Source: Basidiobolus ranarum (Eukaryota). Taken from it: DNA of 64,000 nucleotides. This document shows positions 25,101-38,343 of the stretch, piece by piece. Made by a program: the position numbers and the translations under genes. Location of the stretch: NCBI GenBank assembly GCA_040143965.1, contig JASJQH010000004.1, forward strand, positions 1 to 64,000, read 5' to 3'. Positions within the stretch are counted from its first letter, which is position 1, and every line of letters starts with the position of its first letter. A model generated the notes under the pieces. It ran no database searches, was not told where the DNA came from, and was given only the letters and a program-made list of their open reading frames with translations.

Positions 25101-27195
25101 TCCTTGTACTACTAGAAGCAAATGTCTCACGTCTGGGCCATTTTTCATCCTCAAGTGTATTATCAGTAGAGTCAGAAAGTTCTGAAACACCTATTTCCCC
25201 CTCTTCAAGCTGATCGGATAGTTCTTCTTCATTTCGTTTCACTGAAAGAGAATCTAAACGCTCCTCGCTATTTAAATGTGTTTTCGAAATGGGGTGAATA
25301 GTGAGATTCGTATCAGGCTTAATACTAGTCTGTTTATAATTGTCCGGTTTTTTAGAATACTTATTTACATAGGCTTGATTAGGATAGGCCCTTATAGGTT
25401 CACGACTTCCCGAAGTATCCTGTTGCTCAATTAACATTGGAACCTTGGGTTTCTGTTCCGGACTCAAGTGACGGCTTGGTTCACGCTCTTCTTCATGTAG
25501 TGGCTCAATGTCACCATCTTTGGGTGGATCCCGTGGCTCACTACTGCCACGGTCATCTTGAGGGCTCAAGTATACTTTTCGCCTCTTTTCATCACGTAAT
25601 TCAATTTCATTGGAACGTTGAGTATCAAGGGATTCTTCAGGCATCATAGAGGAAGAGGAGATTTCACTTGATAAAGAGTTTTCACGAACACGCTTTCCAT
25701 AAGGCCCAGCCATGGATGAATCTTGAGCATCAGCATGGCAATTTTCATCCAACGATTGGACCGTGCTATCAATAGAATTGGTTCGGGTTTCTCTGCCACT
25801 TACAACTCGGCGCTTTTCTGAGGATTTAGTAGAATCAACACTACTACTTCTACGATCAGGAGTAGCAGATCCAAGAGAACCTTGATAAAAATCACCACTC
25901 TCCTTTTTGCTAAGTGTGGAATTAGAATCTCTACGGTAATCACGATATCCTTCGCCAGGTCGATAGTTATCCCCTTGCTCAAATCTACCAGTAGGCATAT
26001 CTGGTCTTTCTCGCTCACGAAGTCGTTCAGTATCCCATCGTTCTCGGCCTCTATTCCGTTCACGATTTCGATCTCGCTCCCATCTCTCACGATCTCTGTT
26101 ACGATCTCGCTCTCGTTCCCGAAGCCCGGGAAAGAGATTTGGCCCTCTAGCTATATGATCTCTATTATCCATGTGACGAGTAAAATAACTAAAATCCCCA
26201 CTTCTAAAATCCCTATAAGGCATATTTCTGCCCCCACTATCTCGAACCGAAGAACCAGAAGGCGGTCGATTCATCTTATCAAATGCTACTGATGGAAACA
26301 TCGAGGCTCTTCCTCTAGAATCTCTAGAGGCTCCAAACCCTTCATTGTGTTTTGGCCTTCCCTAAAAGTTTACAATTGAAATATTAAATTTACTAGGCAT
26401 TTCAAACCTAATTGGTATAAGCTTCTCCATTACTAACCTCCCTATCAACCATTCCAGGGAAAACGATATCCAATGGGGCAATGTCGGCTCCCCCACTACG
26501 CATGAGAACATTTCCACTGGTAGGATCACGACTGATAACAATCGGAGGAGGGCCGTTGGTATTGCTACTACGACGATTAGCAAATGCTGACATTGAAGAA
26601 CTCCCACTTGCTCCACCTAACCGCTTGTTTTCTTCGAAGTCAGCGCCAGCGCGACGATTATGTGGATAATATGACGAAGGAATAAATGGATGATTAGGCC
26701 CATGAGGTGGCGGACGATCTTCACGATGAAGCTCTCTATTAAGGGTAATATAGTAAGATAAAAACTCTTTCCAAGGTATAATAAGCGAAACCAACCTGTC
26801 ATTTCTTCGACGGAAACGATCTTCTCTCTCTCGCTCTCTCCGATCATCACGCTCCCTGGAAGGTCTATCAATGTAAAGTATATCGATAAATAAAGAGAAA
26901 ACAACATAGAATTGAATTATGACGTAGAAGCAGAAAGTTGTTTGTTCGCATTTGAAGTAGGAATTTACCTTGAGAAATTGTAAGGATCAAATCTAGAATT
27001 TCTAGAGGTGGCGTATGACGGAGAATCATTGTGTAAGGGATTTTTTGGATGAGAAGTGGGCACGGGAGAATTTGAGCGAGAACGGGTAGATTTTGAGGTG
27101 GTATTGGTTATGGTGTGGAAGGATTGTTCAGAAGTTGATGATTTAGACTCTGGGGGTTTGGAAGTATTTATCGGGGGTGATCGCCCGTGATCCAT
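16165..27195 (-). CDS. SNT1: Snt1/NCoR-like SANT-domain corepressor scaffold, long paralog (>3400 aa)
   Basis: IFAMIDKIDSEI coiled coil; RIYAEN; GPS2-binding-like helix; DTVRSEAELLEII...ATIPPM; SANT1 WTKEERDIFVKKYLLYPKQFGKIA...CVLYYYREKK; second SANT WSTFEQAEFVECLRLYGKDW. The first exon is 26965-27195. The GTGAG at the ORF end may be a donor to a tiny last exon. Confidence 0.85.
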
Positions 27196-28558
27196 CTGTG
27201 GTTACGAAGTAAACTGTTCAGTCGAATATGTACTTGGATTTGTCGCAATGACGGGGTTGGATCCCTATATCTGGTGGAGGAAAATACTTTATATATGAAT
27301 AGAACAAGGTTAGAGGTGAGGTCTACTAGGAGAGATTTAGAAAATCTGTCAGTTGAGTATGAAAATTCACTCGCAGTGTTAATAGAATGAAAATCGACTT
27401 TCTATTCGAACACTTGTCAATTGTCGTTGGGGGAAAAGGGTAATACGACTACTATGATAATGGGGCAATACTGAGTTAGTATTCTGAAATAATAAAGACA
27501 AGTATACGTCTCAGCGTATTTGCTATGATACTAATTAAAGGGCACAAGTCGAAGAGAAAGAGTTAGAAGATAGAATATTGAAAACTAGATGATTGAATAT
27601 CTCGATAGTAAACATTCAAGGTGGCGAATGCATATAGTCAGGGATAAATTTTCGGTAGAATCCCCCAAAACATACAATAGGTATATGAATGGGCACGTCA
27701 ACTCAACTAAATACGCAATTTATTTAGAATAGGATGTAATACTGCGAATCAATTAGGGCAAATATCCCATGTTTCCTCAATGGAAGAATCGCATCATCAC
27801 GATTTGCAACAATTGCCAATCGTAACACAAATTTAAATCAATCGCTATTAATTCACATGGCACAATTGTCACAGTGATCTCTGCTGCAAACTATTATCAG
27901 CTGAAACGAGCGATTGATTTTGATTCCAACTCAACCTATGTTGCGGTAGCAGTAGACTTGAGTGCCACAGCGATTACTACAAGAATGGCGTAAGTTGGAT
28001 TATATGTCGAGGGAATATTCTCCGCTTATTGCAGAGTGACAGGTAAACTAGTACTTGAAGTGTGGGAAACCATTGTTGCTCGTAAATGTCACTCAGATCT
28101 TGCTCCTACCAACTCATTCAATATTAGTCAGGCGAACACGACACGTGGAGTCGGTATGTACAATTGCGGTTTGGTATATCCACTCTTCACGTGATTGAAG
28201 GCCATAAATGCCATCATTTGTAACGTACTAATATATGATTATTTGCCAAGCAATTGTTTAAGGTTAAGCCGAGTTCTACACACTTAGTTATACTTTTAGG
28301 CCAATTGGTCTATATGAGGTTAGTTAATGGGTTAAGGAAATTTGTCTTATTTTGACTTAAACTAATATATCTGCTTATCGAGTGAGTTACAATTGTTTTA
28401 ACCGGGGTTGTGCTGATTTGGCCTGATTTCATTTCCAACCAAACTGATAAAAAAATTTTGCAAAATTTCTGATTGAACTTCTATCATTGTAGTTTCAATC
28501 TTATCAAGGCTTGCTTTAGACATTGATAGCTAAAGAGCTCGTGTTATTTTGCCTCCAG

Positions 28559-29215
28559 ATGAACTTCTCACTTCTTAAAACCTCAGTGAGTGCTAGCAGA
28601 CTTACTTCGAGACTTGCGGTATCCGCTTTGTTGCCCAAACAGCGTGCTGTTCGTTGTTTTGCTTCCGAATCCCAGGGTACTAAAGGGACTGAAAGTAAAA
28701 CCGAAAATGTTGAAGGCAATGAGTCCAAAAAACATACCGATTTCATTTTAGAGACATTGCGTGGTATCGGCAGTAATCCTGGTAAGGCTGCTCGTGCTGG
28801 TTCTATGGGTACTTTGCCATTTGATTTATCAGCACCCAACTTCACTTCACAAAAGGACCAAGGCTTTACTCACTGCCTATCTGTTCATGCCAGTTATAAC
28901 AACACTATTGTAACTCTAACCAATCCTGAAGGTAAGGTTCTAGTCAACGCTTCTGGAGGTACCTGTGGCTTTAAGAAAGCCAACCGTGGTGGTTATGAGC
29001 CCGCCTATCAAGCAACTACCAAAGTCATCGAAAAGACTAAAGAGCTTGGGTTGAACATCAGTGGTTTGCATATTAAATTAAGAGGATTTGGCCCTGGTCG
29101 AGATGCTGCGTTCAAGGCTGTCCGCTCATTATCTGCATGGAACGTCACAAGAATTACCGATACTACCCCTGTTCCCTTCAACGGCTGTAGACCTCGTAAA
29201 CCTCGTCGTTTGTAA
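28559..29215 (+). CDS. MRPS11: Mitochondrial ribosomal protein uS11m
   Basis: Basic presequence, then HASYNNTIVTLT...ASGGTCGFKKANR...LRGFGPGRDAA...ITDTTPVPFNGCRPRKPRRL. Confidence 0.93.
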   Translation: MNFSLLKTSVSASRLTSRLAVSALLPKQRAVRCFASESQGTKGTESKTENVEGNESKKHTDFILETLRGIGSNPGKAARAGSMGTLPFDLSAPNFTSQKDQGFTHCLSVHASYNNTIVTLTNPEGKVLVNASGGTCGFKKANRGGYEPAYQATTKVIEKTKELGLNISGLHIKLRGFGPGRDAAFKAVRSLSAWNVTRITDTTPVPFNGCRPRKPRRL

Positions 29216-29640
29216 ACTGTACAATTTATTCCCTTACACCGCATTTTTCATCCTTCATCTCACTTTTTAAGCGTTAAATAAATTTGCACGATTTTCAAAC
29301 TAAACGAGGAATAAACTGATAACCAATCTGTACTAGATACTTCTCCAGATGTAAACTACTTGCGCCATGTAAAAACAGATCCATCACATTCAACACATAC
29401 CGATTTCTCGATCGAAAGCAAAAATAGATTTTAATAGATTCATGGCAATGAAATTAGAGGGTGTATGTACGGATAGCTTATAATAGTTAGAAGGTGGGTT
29501 GAGCGTATGAAGTGCATGATATAGAGTTGGTGAACAGACTAATCAAGTAAATACACGAATAGACTCTTGTGAACGGAACGAACAAAACCTTTTCTAGCAT
29601 ACAAAACTAACAAAATAACGCAAACTGTGACTACTACGAA

Positions 29641-32600
29641 TTAATTATAGAGAGGAGGATGCAGTGACTGTGAATAGTTTGAGGTAAAGGAGGTGGGGTT
29701 TTCCGGGGCTTGTTGCGGGGCACCAGGTATGTGATACTTTGATTGTGGTGTTGGTATTGTACTCAGGGTTGGCTGACGTGCGACCTGACGGATTTCAAAG
29801 GAGTGCCCAGGCTGATCATAAGAAGGAGGGAATGGAGGGTTGGTGGAGTGGTGAGATGAATTGACTCGGGAAGATTGATGATTGGGCATTTCAAGCGGCA
29901 TGGATTGTGAGAGGGTTGGTGATGTACTTGTGGGAGGTGATTGCAATTGTAAAAGTTGTAGCTGTCGAACTGGCTGTGACTCTCGTTGTTCAACAGCTTT
30001 GTGCTCCATTTGCAAGTGTTCAGCCACCTTATCTTGTACAGAGTGCTGTAACTGATTGGTGCCTTCATATGAATGTGCTCTAACGTTGGTGTGATACGGG
30101 TCTTGAACATAATAGTATTCGCTGTGTGGAGTGGAGGACATTAGTTTCGAGTTTTTATCTGCCGTGGGTTGGGAAAAGTCCAAGGCTGATGACGCTGAAA
30201 GATGATTGTCTCCTCCAAACCAATTCCTCGAGATGTCTTTACGAGCTTTCGTATCGACACGTTCTTCCGACGCCATATTTAGCAGTGAGAGTATATCAGC
30301 AGCATCAATATTATGTTGATTTGTTCGACTCATGGCTTCAGCTTGGCTTACTGAAGGAGTCTCGAAAGATCCCTGATGTGTTCCTGGAGTGGCAACTGTT
30401 GAAGGGTTCCTGGAGTCTAGGGCGGCATATGCGATGGACTTTGGAGTGTTATTCGAGAGCCTCAATTGAAGGTCTTTTTGTGTATCAAAAAATTTCTTAT
30501 TAGCTGAATCATAACTAGAATTAGTGTTCAGATATCTACTCGAGTGATCGACTGCTTTTTCCTCCGTATTCAAAGGGGGAATATGGGCTGTTGTGTTCGA
30601 ATGATGTTTGCCGGGATCAAACCTAACAGGCTCTGAGAATGTTTGTAGTGTTTGCTTTGAAAGATCAAAATCTGGACTCGACGAGGACTGAGCATTCATA
30701 TCAGCAGTTTTAGATAAATCGGCTTCTTGATTAAACGCTGCTTGAACTAGAAGTCCCAGAAAGCTTTCGCAAGGTTCAGCTGGGGCTATATGTGGGGTGG
30801 AATCATTTCTAGACCGTTCTGGGTTTGTGGCAGTAGCTTCGTAGGAAAGGGTTTGGGAGTGTGCGTCCTGGTATGGAGGATTCTTCGATATGTCCGGATG
30901 GTAAACACCTCCTTGGTCTATTAAGTGTTCGATGGTGACATGTCCTTTGGATTGCTCGAACTTTGTATGTTTTATCGGAGAAGGGATATTCGACTTTGTC
31001 GTGTATGGAGAATCCTCAAGATTTTGAAGCCTTGGGCTTTCAGACCTCTTTTGAGTGGATTTTTTATCTATTGGCGGATCCTGAGCAAGAGATGTCTCAG
31101 AAATGGATTTCTCAGAGCTTTTCCGTTTAAGTTTTTGTTGTTTGCGCTCGGATTTGACGGACTCTACAGGAGATTTATGCTTACGTCCCGGTTTACTAGG
31201 CGAAAAAGAGTCATTCGAAAGTGACACTACTTTAGAATCAATTCCTTTCTCAGTAGTCATTTCCAATGGAGCTTCCAGAGCACTCATACCGTGCTTTCTA
31301 CGGAAGTTGTAATAAAAATTTCGACATTGTTCTTCAGTTTTGCTACCAACCACCCTGGAGACCGAGTAAAAGTCTTGGCCGAATTTCTTATAGGCTTGGA
31401 GCGCAACATGTCGATCTTCTTCACTCCATCGAGCTGTGGATGGAGAGGGATGAGGTGGAGCAGTTCTGGTTCCATTTTCTTCCTCATCATCAGGTAACGA
31501 ATTTTGACGATGCTTAGTTCTCGGTTTTCTACGAGACTTCTGAGACTCAGGTAGCGTAGATTCGTCGTCAAATCCCCTTGATCTCTTTCTTTCTGAGAAT
31601 GATGGGGAATCGGGCGGTTCTTCCGAAAGCTGGGTAGATCTTTCGGCTTCGTCAATATCTTGAAGAAGTGAATTGCCTTTGCTTTTCTTTTTCCTTCCTG
31701 CTCTTTTGCCAGCTCCTTTCCGCGCTAATTGTCGTGCTTTCTTTCCACGTCCCGAGATCAATCCCTTAAAATCAATAGACTTTTTTTCGCGATAATAATA
31801 TAGCACACATTGTTTAGGGTCCTTATTTTTCAAGAAAGACGCAATTTTACCAAATTGCTTTGGATAAAGCAAATACTTCTTTATGAAAATATCCCGCTCT
31901 TCCTTGGTCCATTTGTCGACTGACTTATCACAATGATAGTAGTTATAAGGATCTTCGACCAAGTTGTTTCGATTATCGTACTTGGTTAACTCTTTTTTGT
32001 AAGGATCCAAAATCATCGCAGGGATTGTGGCAGCAGTCCTAATTGATCTAACATCTGGATTTCGTAGGTCTTCACTTTCAAGATATTGTATGATCTCCAT
32101 TAACTCGGCTTCACTTCTAACCGCATCCGCATTATAAAAACCTCCGCGACGTTGTGAACGAGCCGAAATCCCGTGGGTATTAGAAGTAAGCAACTCGTCC
32201 TCCATGTATTTTTTGTTTCTTCTTTTCTCTCTACTTTTGTCGAGCTTAATTATGCGAATTCTCCAATCATCAAGATGCTCTTTGTATTCCTGTCTGAGGT
32301 TAGTTTCCTTTTGTTCCAAGGAGTTTGCTTTGAGTTGTAGGTGTGTGAACATCAAGCTTCGGATTTTTTTATGCGCCTCGATATTCTCCGAATAGAAAGG
32401 GTAGTCTTCTATGTTTTTATATACAGGCCCACGGAAAGGCTCCACATGCGACCTGACCAGAGTCTGATTTTCTGCATATATTTGTTGATACAACGAAGGT
32501 TTCTCTACTTTCTTCGCTTTGCTCTCATCATTCACTTTGGAGAGCTGCTTAGGCTTCAATAGGCTTACTGCAGCTTCAACGTTAGGTTGAGAGGAAGCGT

Positions 32601-35305
32601 TTGAAGCTTGGGCAGCAGGTTCAATTTCTGGTGGAGTTTTTGTTGAAGTATAGTCTAAACTCTTTTCATCACCAAGATTACCTTGCGGATCTACCGAGTT
32701 TCCTATATGTAACGCGTCAGTCTCAATGCACGACTCCTTATTCTTTCGGATTCTTGTCAGCAAAGCCTCATAATGACCAATCTCTGAGTCGATATGATCA
32801 ATCATCGCGAAAATTTTTTCTGTAGTTAGAGGAGCGTTTTCCTCATCTGTAACGCTGATCTCATCTTCAGGTTTGGCTACTTCTACAACAGAAACTTCTT
32901 CCTTTTCAACTGTACCAGTGTCTTTGTTCAGTACTTCAAGGGGAATTGGCTCTTTTGGCTTTGTGTCGCGCGATTTCTCAATTTCTAACTTATTTGGTCC
33001 TTCCTTAAGATCAGGCCTTGTAGGTCCGTCAAACGAATCTTCAATCACACTGTCTGGTTCCAAACAACTCGTAGTTTCCACATTTAAGTCAGCAGAAACA
33101 ACCTCTATATCTTGATCTGACCCTTCAAAATCATCCTGCTTGCACTGTTCCGATGATTCGGTTGGAGTATGAGTTTCCTTTAACAATGTGTGTTTTGACA
33201 CTGACTCGATGCACGACTGATCCACTCTATCTTCATCCAAGTCCGTCGGAGCATCATCGACTGCAGTGAATCGATTTGTCTTCCCATTATCTATATTTGT
33301 ACAATCTGATAATGGTTCCTCAAATGAAGCCATTGCGACTTCTGGTTCATCAGATTCCTCACTGCCAGTATTTCTGTGCGGGGCTAACATGCTCGAATCA
33401 AGAGTTGGTTGTGGGGAATTTTCCGCTCCAGCCTTCAGCTCATCTTGTGATAAAGATTGTAGTGGGTTAGGTTCTAGCAAATCGACAATGTGTTCACTAG
33501 CTTTCAAGGAATCTTTTTCATCGCGTCCTGCAACCTCACTTTGCGGGGATTTGCTTTGCATTTCAATATTTGAAACTGCCTCGGACGGTACAAGTACATT
33601 GTTGGATTTCCCATGAGCTATCTCAGGATATGGATTTAACTTGTCGTAATACTCGTCATAAGAGCGATCAGTAGAGACAGAGTTTTGCCGAGTATACGAT
33701 GAATGTTTGCTGTTATCAAACTCTCCACTAGGTCTACTATGACACTGCGCTACTTCACTTCTTGAAGATTTACGTCTTTCAAGATATCTCGTAGATTCAA
33801 CACTACTACTGCGTCTTTCTGGCGTGAGGGAGTTTCGAGAATGAAAATAATAGTCATACGCATCCTTGTTGATAGACTCTCGTCGAAAGTCTCTATAATG
33901 TTCACGTCGATGCATATCTTCATCAAAATATTCACGATCTCTGTCTCCTGGTCGGTAAGAATCCCCGTGCTCAAACCTATCACACCATTGCATATTATAA
34001 ATAGAAATTCTTATCATTGTAAAATGCTTGAGTTTACAAACCGGTTGGGCCCCATATCTCGTTCACGCATTCTCTCCGAATCCCATCTTTGACGCCCTCT
34101 ATATCGATCCCAATCTCGACTTCTGTCGCGCTCTCTCTCCCATCTTTGTCGGTCCCGGTCTCGACTTCGCTCTCTCCCCCATTCTCTTTCCCGGTAACCA
34201 GTAAAAGATCCTACACCTCTAGACGGATAATCTCTTGGTTCCGTGTTCCTTGTGAAGTAGCTGAATTCGCCATTTCTATTGTCGCGGTAATTGTGATTTC
34301 TGGTTGCACTTTCGCGTGCAGATCCGGCCCTATTGATTCTATCAAAATTGTTTGATGGATATCCACGGCCCCGTGAATTTCCAAAACCTTCGTTATATTT
34401 AGGTCGCCCCTATATAAGAAAAAGTTCTTTAGTTCGCATTCCGAAACTGATGTATATGTATGTGACTGTAGGTGTAGATGTATACCTCTCTTTCTCCAAC
34501 ATGTGGAAACATCATATCCATGGGTGCAAAATTGGAACCCCCACTCCGCATAAGTACATTCCCACTACTTGGGTCACGACTGATAACGATGGGTGGCGGG
34601 CCAGTGCTTTCACTTCGCCGACTAGTCTCAAATGTAGAAGAAACTGGTGAACCATTAGTTCCACAATTAAGTTCTTCCGGATCAGCGCCAGCGCGACGGT
34701 TGTGATTATAATAAGAGGGGTTGAAGGAATAACTAGAGTTGGAAGAGGAAGGCCGCTCATGTCGATGTAGTTCTCTAATTTCATGAAAACATAATAAGTT
34801 GGTTTAAAGGTGAGAATTGTGTAGGTAATTGGGTTGAAAAGATATTCTTAAAATCACCTATCAACTCGATGACGAAAATGATCCTCACGATCTCTTCTAT
34901 CTTCACGATCTCTAGAAGAGCGACTAAAGAGGTACAAAACATGAGATCAATGAATAATTCCAAAGGAAAATAAGAAATAATATTATGAGAAGACTGAAAG
35001 AGGTAATCCAGACAGTAAGAAAGTAAGACTTTGCTTGTAAGAGCATAATAAGAGAGAAAAATTCAAGTAATATCCTACCTGGAAAACCCGTATGGCTCAT
35101 AACGTCCTCTATTTGGCTGGTAGGGGAGTGGGTCTTGCCTCGGAAGTTTAGAGTTTAGCTGCTCAGCTGGGAATATATTTTCAAGGTTTACACGATTGCT
35201 TTTGTCTTCACCTGGCGAAGGACTCACTTCTGGCTGAACATATTCACTCTGTTTGTCATCTATAGGAAGTATAGAGCGTGTCTGAAATGGATGTCTAGTT
35301 TCCAT
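29641..35305 (-). CDS. SNT1: Snt1/NCoR-like SANT-domain corepressor scaffold, short paralog
   Basis: Same conserved blocks as 16165-27195 (IFAMIDHIDSEI, QIYAEN, DAVRSEAELMEII, SANT1 WTKEERDIFIKKY, SANT2 WSEEDRHVALQAYKKFGQDF...QCRNFY). Its first exon 35075-35305 is homologous to 26965-27195. Confidence 0.85.
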
Positions 35306-36060
35306 GGTATATGCGACACTTGTTTTGTAAATCTAAACTATTAGACTGGAATGATTCTTAGCTATCTCTTCTCTAGTAAGAGATGGAGAAGAATCAGTTT
35401 GGCTATTATAAAGCTATAGACTATTTAAAATGTATATTTCAGTTGAAATAGATTTGCTCTGTCTGTTCTGTTTGTCGTATTAACACGGAATCAAAAGTGG
35501 AATTGAAACAAGGTCGAATGCTGTCCTGTATGGCTTCAATATAGGTAATACCAAGTCACGAATTAAAATGTATAAAGTTTTTGCTGAAAGAGACAAGGCA
35601 GAATAACAAAAAATGCAAAAATCAACGCGCACTTTCCCGAGGTTTTCTAAAGTGTAAGAGTGAATAAAAAATGTAAGCCTCTTGTTTAAGTTCGAAACGA
35701 AGATAGGAATGGGGAAAGGGGTTTTGAATAGCTAAGCAAAATTCCAAATTGGAAAAAAACCACTCGGTTTAAATTATCCTACAATACGACAATTACGGGC
35801 AATATTTTGGTTAAATACATGCGCAAATGTCGGCTGTGCCAATAGATGGTCAAAATAATCAACACGAAGTGACTTATAGCTATTCAGGTTTGGATCTGGC
35901 TCAGAACTTATACATATAAATGGAGGTTTATTTTAGTTGATATATATAAAAATATCTCGCGAAATGCTAGCTCACAAGAGCCATCAGAGGACTTCGCACA
36001 ATGGTTTAACGTCATAAGAAATAGACTGGATAGTTCTGAGTGTTCGAGTGGTCTCCATAA

Positions 36061-36829
36061 TTATACAGGGAGTTTGAATTTTTTACCGCGCAGGACTTTA
36101 GTAACATAAATGTAGAAGAAATCCAAGTAAAGCGCGGTTTGGACAATACCAGCGAGTATAGCAATCGGATAGTACTTATTTTCATAGAAATAACGATAAA
36201 TCCAGTTTACAAGGTAGAAAGCACGATAAGCGCCAAGAGCACCCAAATAGTGTGTCGTTATAGTCTCCGCCTCTCCAGTGGTTGAAAGCATGTATAATTG
36301 TGGGAGAATAGCTACCGATTCAAGGAATAGAGAAAAGGTCCACAATATCTAGAAAGAATCAATACATGATCTTTACAATAAACAAAATAAGCCAGTACTC
36401 ACCTCATTGAAGGTGTACCATTCTGTGAAAATCAAAGCACAAATAGCAGAAGGCCCAATAAGATACTCGAGACGGAAAGAGTCCTGAGAGGAAGCGTAAG
36501 TAGCTAGGAACTTGGTGCGCATCAAGTAGAGTATATAGGTAGAGGAGGCCAAGAAGAATATCTTCATTAAAGAATTGTAAATAGAGTAACTGAAGTTGGA
36601 GAAAAGGTCTAAATAGCGAGTGGCAAAAACAATAGCGTAAAGTAATTGAGTTTTGAAAGAGATGCCTGATTTGAAGTGATACGAATTAAACAGTTAGCCA
36701 CGGTTACATATGCAACTAAGTAATAGAATCATAGATACCTGCAACTGATCTACTAGATTGTATTTTTAGAAGAAGAATCAAGATAGATGCCAAATGCATC
36801 AGATCGCCAAGTAATCTAAAGATGTTCAT
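36061..36829 (-). CDS. ERD2: ER lumen protein-retaining (HDEL/KDEL) receptor, three exons
   Basis: [13 protein letters not shown]..., [60 protein letters not shown]. Confidence 0.96.
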
Positions 36830-37217
36830 TTCGAAAGAGTGCCACAATAACTGGAGATATTTAGTGTAGAAGCACCTATTAAATAACCCTTCTAAGGAGA
36901 CAGTGTGTTTTCACAACGATAAACTTGCAAGCAGAGTGGTTGTTATGTGAGAAGCTTGAACTCAGGAACAACGGCTTAGAGAGGCTTGAAGCAGCTACAA
37001 CCTGATAAATCTAGTACCAAAAAAGAAATGAGGTAAATATTGAAAATTAAACATCTAATTGATCAATAAATCAGGAACAAATCAGTAATAACATAGACAT
37101 AATTTCGAGGAATAGAAAGCCACCGCGTGTCACTTCATCACAAAGGTGATGAGTGATGTTGAATGAGTAAAATCAATCATTTGATGTCATAGTAGTCACT
37201 TTTTGTTGCCTTAGCTA

Positions 37218-37250
37218 GACAATATCCAAGATCTCCTTTAAACCCTAACC
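37218..37250. repeat. Short degenerate telomere-like (CCCTAA)n run upstream of ERD2
   Basis: taaaccctaaccctaaacttaatcctaat. Confidence 0.5.
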
Positions 37251-37889
37251 CTAAACTTAATCCTAATCATAGTTTATTCCTCGATTGCTTTTTGTAGTTA
37301 GTAGTTACTAGCACAAGGATAGTTCTTTCGTTTCCAAAGCACACAGCTTGTTTCTACAGGTACGTTGTATGTAAAGATTGTTAGTCAATTAGGTTTATTA
37401 CACGTGTGTGTTCGAGGGATTGCTAAATAAATTGGAATGTCAAGAGCGATCAATTGGATGTAAGATTGTAGACTTAGAACTCACTGACGTTAAATATAAA
37501 AGTTTGGTCGTTCAATGATATAGTATAATCGTTCGGTAGATGAAGAGAAATGTCAAGAAACTCATATTTGATCTCTCACTTTCAAACTTTCTTTATGACA
37601 ATTGTCGGTCAATATGAGTAATTGAGATAAGTTGGGTAAAATGTAGTGTTGACGATATACCACAGAAGGCATCTTTTATCTGTGAGTTTACTTACAGTGC
37701 CTGAAACCGTATGGCAATTCGTACATACAGTTGGTGAACCAAGGAGCCCCCAGCCACCACAAACCAGATGAAATTACTATGTTGACATGGCCAAGTCAAA
37801 ACTTAATGCTTAATCTCAACACTAGAAGGAATTCAGCAATACCAAGCAATACCCCAACCCTAGAGCAGTAACCCTAAGTAACACTAAAA

Positions 37890-37956
37890 TGCATGGTATA
37901 AATCATTGTATAAATCATGGTATAATAGAATTAAGCGGTATGGATCATGGTATAAG
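37890..37956. repeat. Short degenerate tandem repeat (catggtataaat) downstream of the defensin-like gene
   Basis: catggtataaat-cattgtataaat-catggtataat...catggtataagt. Confidence 0.55.
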
Positions 37957-38058
37957 TAGATCACGAACCCGAAAATGGGAATTTATTTGACGCTAGATCA
38001 AACAACAGGACATCCCATTTGGATCAAACAATAAGACATTCCATAAGTAAAGGCACTG

Positions 38059-38343
38059 TTAGTAAGCGCTAGCAGAGTTGTTTCCGTTCAACCCGATGAT
38101 CAAGCTGGTAAGATCGTGATTGTCACACCAGCAGAGGACATGGGTTGTTTCCTGACCGTAGCACCTGTTGTACTGGACGTTGTAGTATTGATGTTGCAAG
38201 CAGTATTGTTGACAGTTTTTCTTGGATTTGGAGCAATAAGCATCGGTGGCTGGCTGGTTGATGACTGTCTCCTGGGGATCGGCTGAGACAAGACCAGCAG
38301 TAGCAAGCAGAGCAAGGCAGAACAATGCAGAGAGTTTGAACAT
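38059..38343 (-). CDS. Small secreted six-cysteine protein, CSαβ defensin-like
   Basis: Signal MFKLSALFCLALLATAGLVSA; Cys pattern C-x6-C-x3-C-x12-C-x9-C-x-C (CSKSKKNCQQYC...RC...CWC). Confidence 0.75.
   Translation of the reverse strand: MFKLSALFCLALLATAGLVSADPQETVINQPATDAYCSKSKKNCQQYCLQHQYYNVQYNRCYGQETTHVLCWCDNHDLTSLIIGLNGNNSASAY

Noticed and set aside
16539-34963. Many 60-130 aa ORFs overlapping the two SNT1 genes
   Set aside because: Antisense or alternate-frame shadows of long low-complexity exons, or partial real exons of the same genes.
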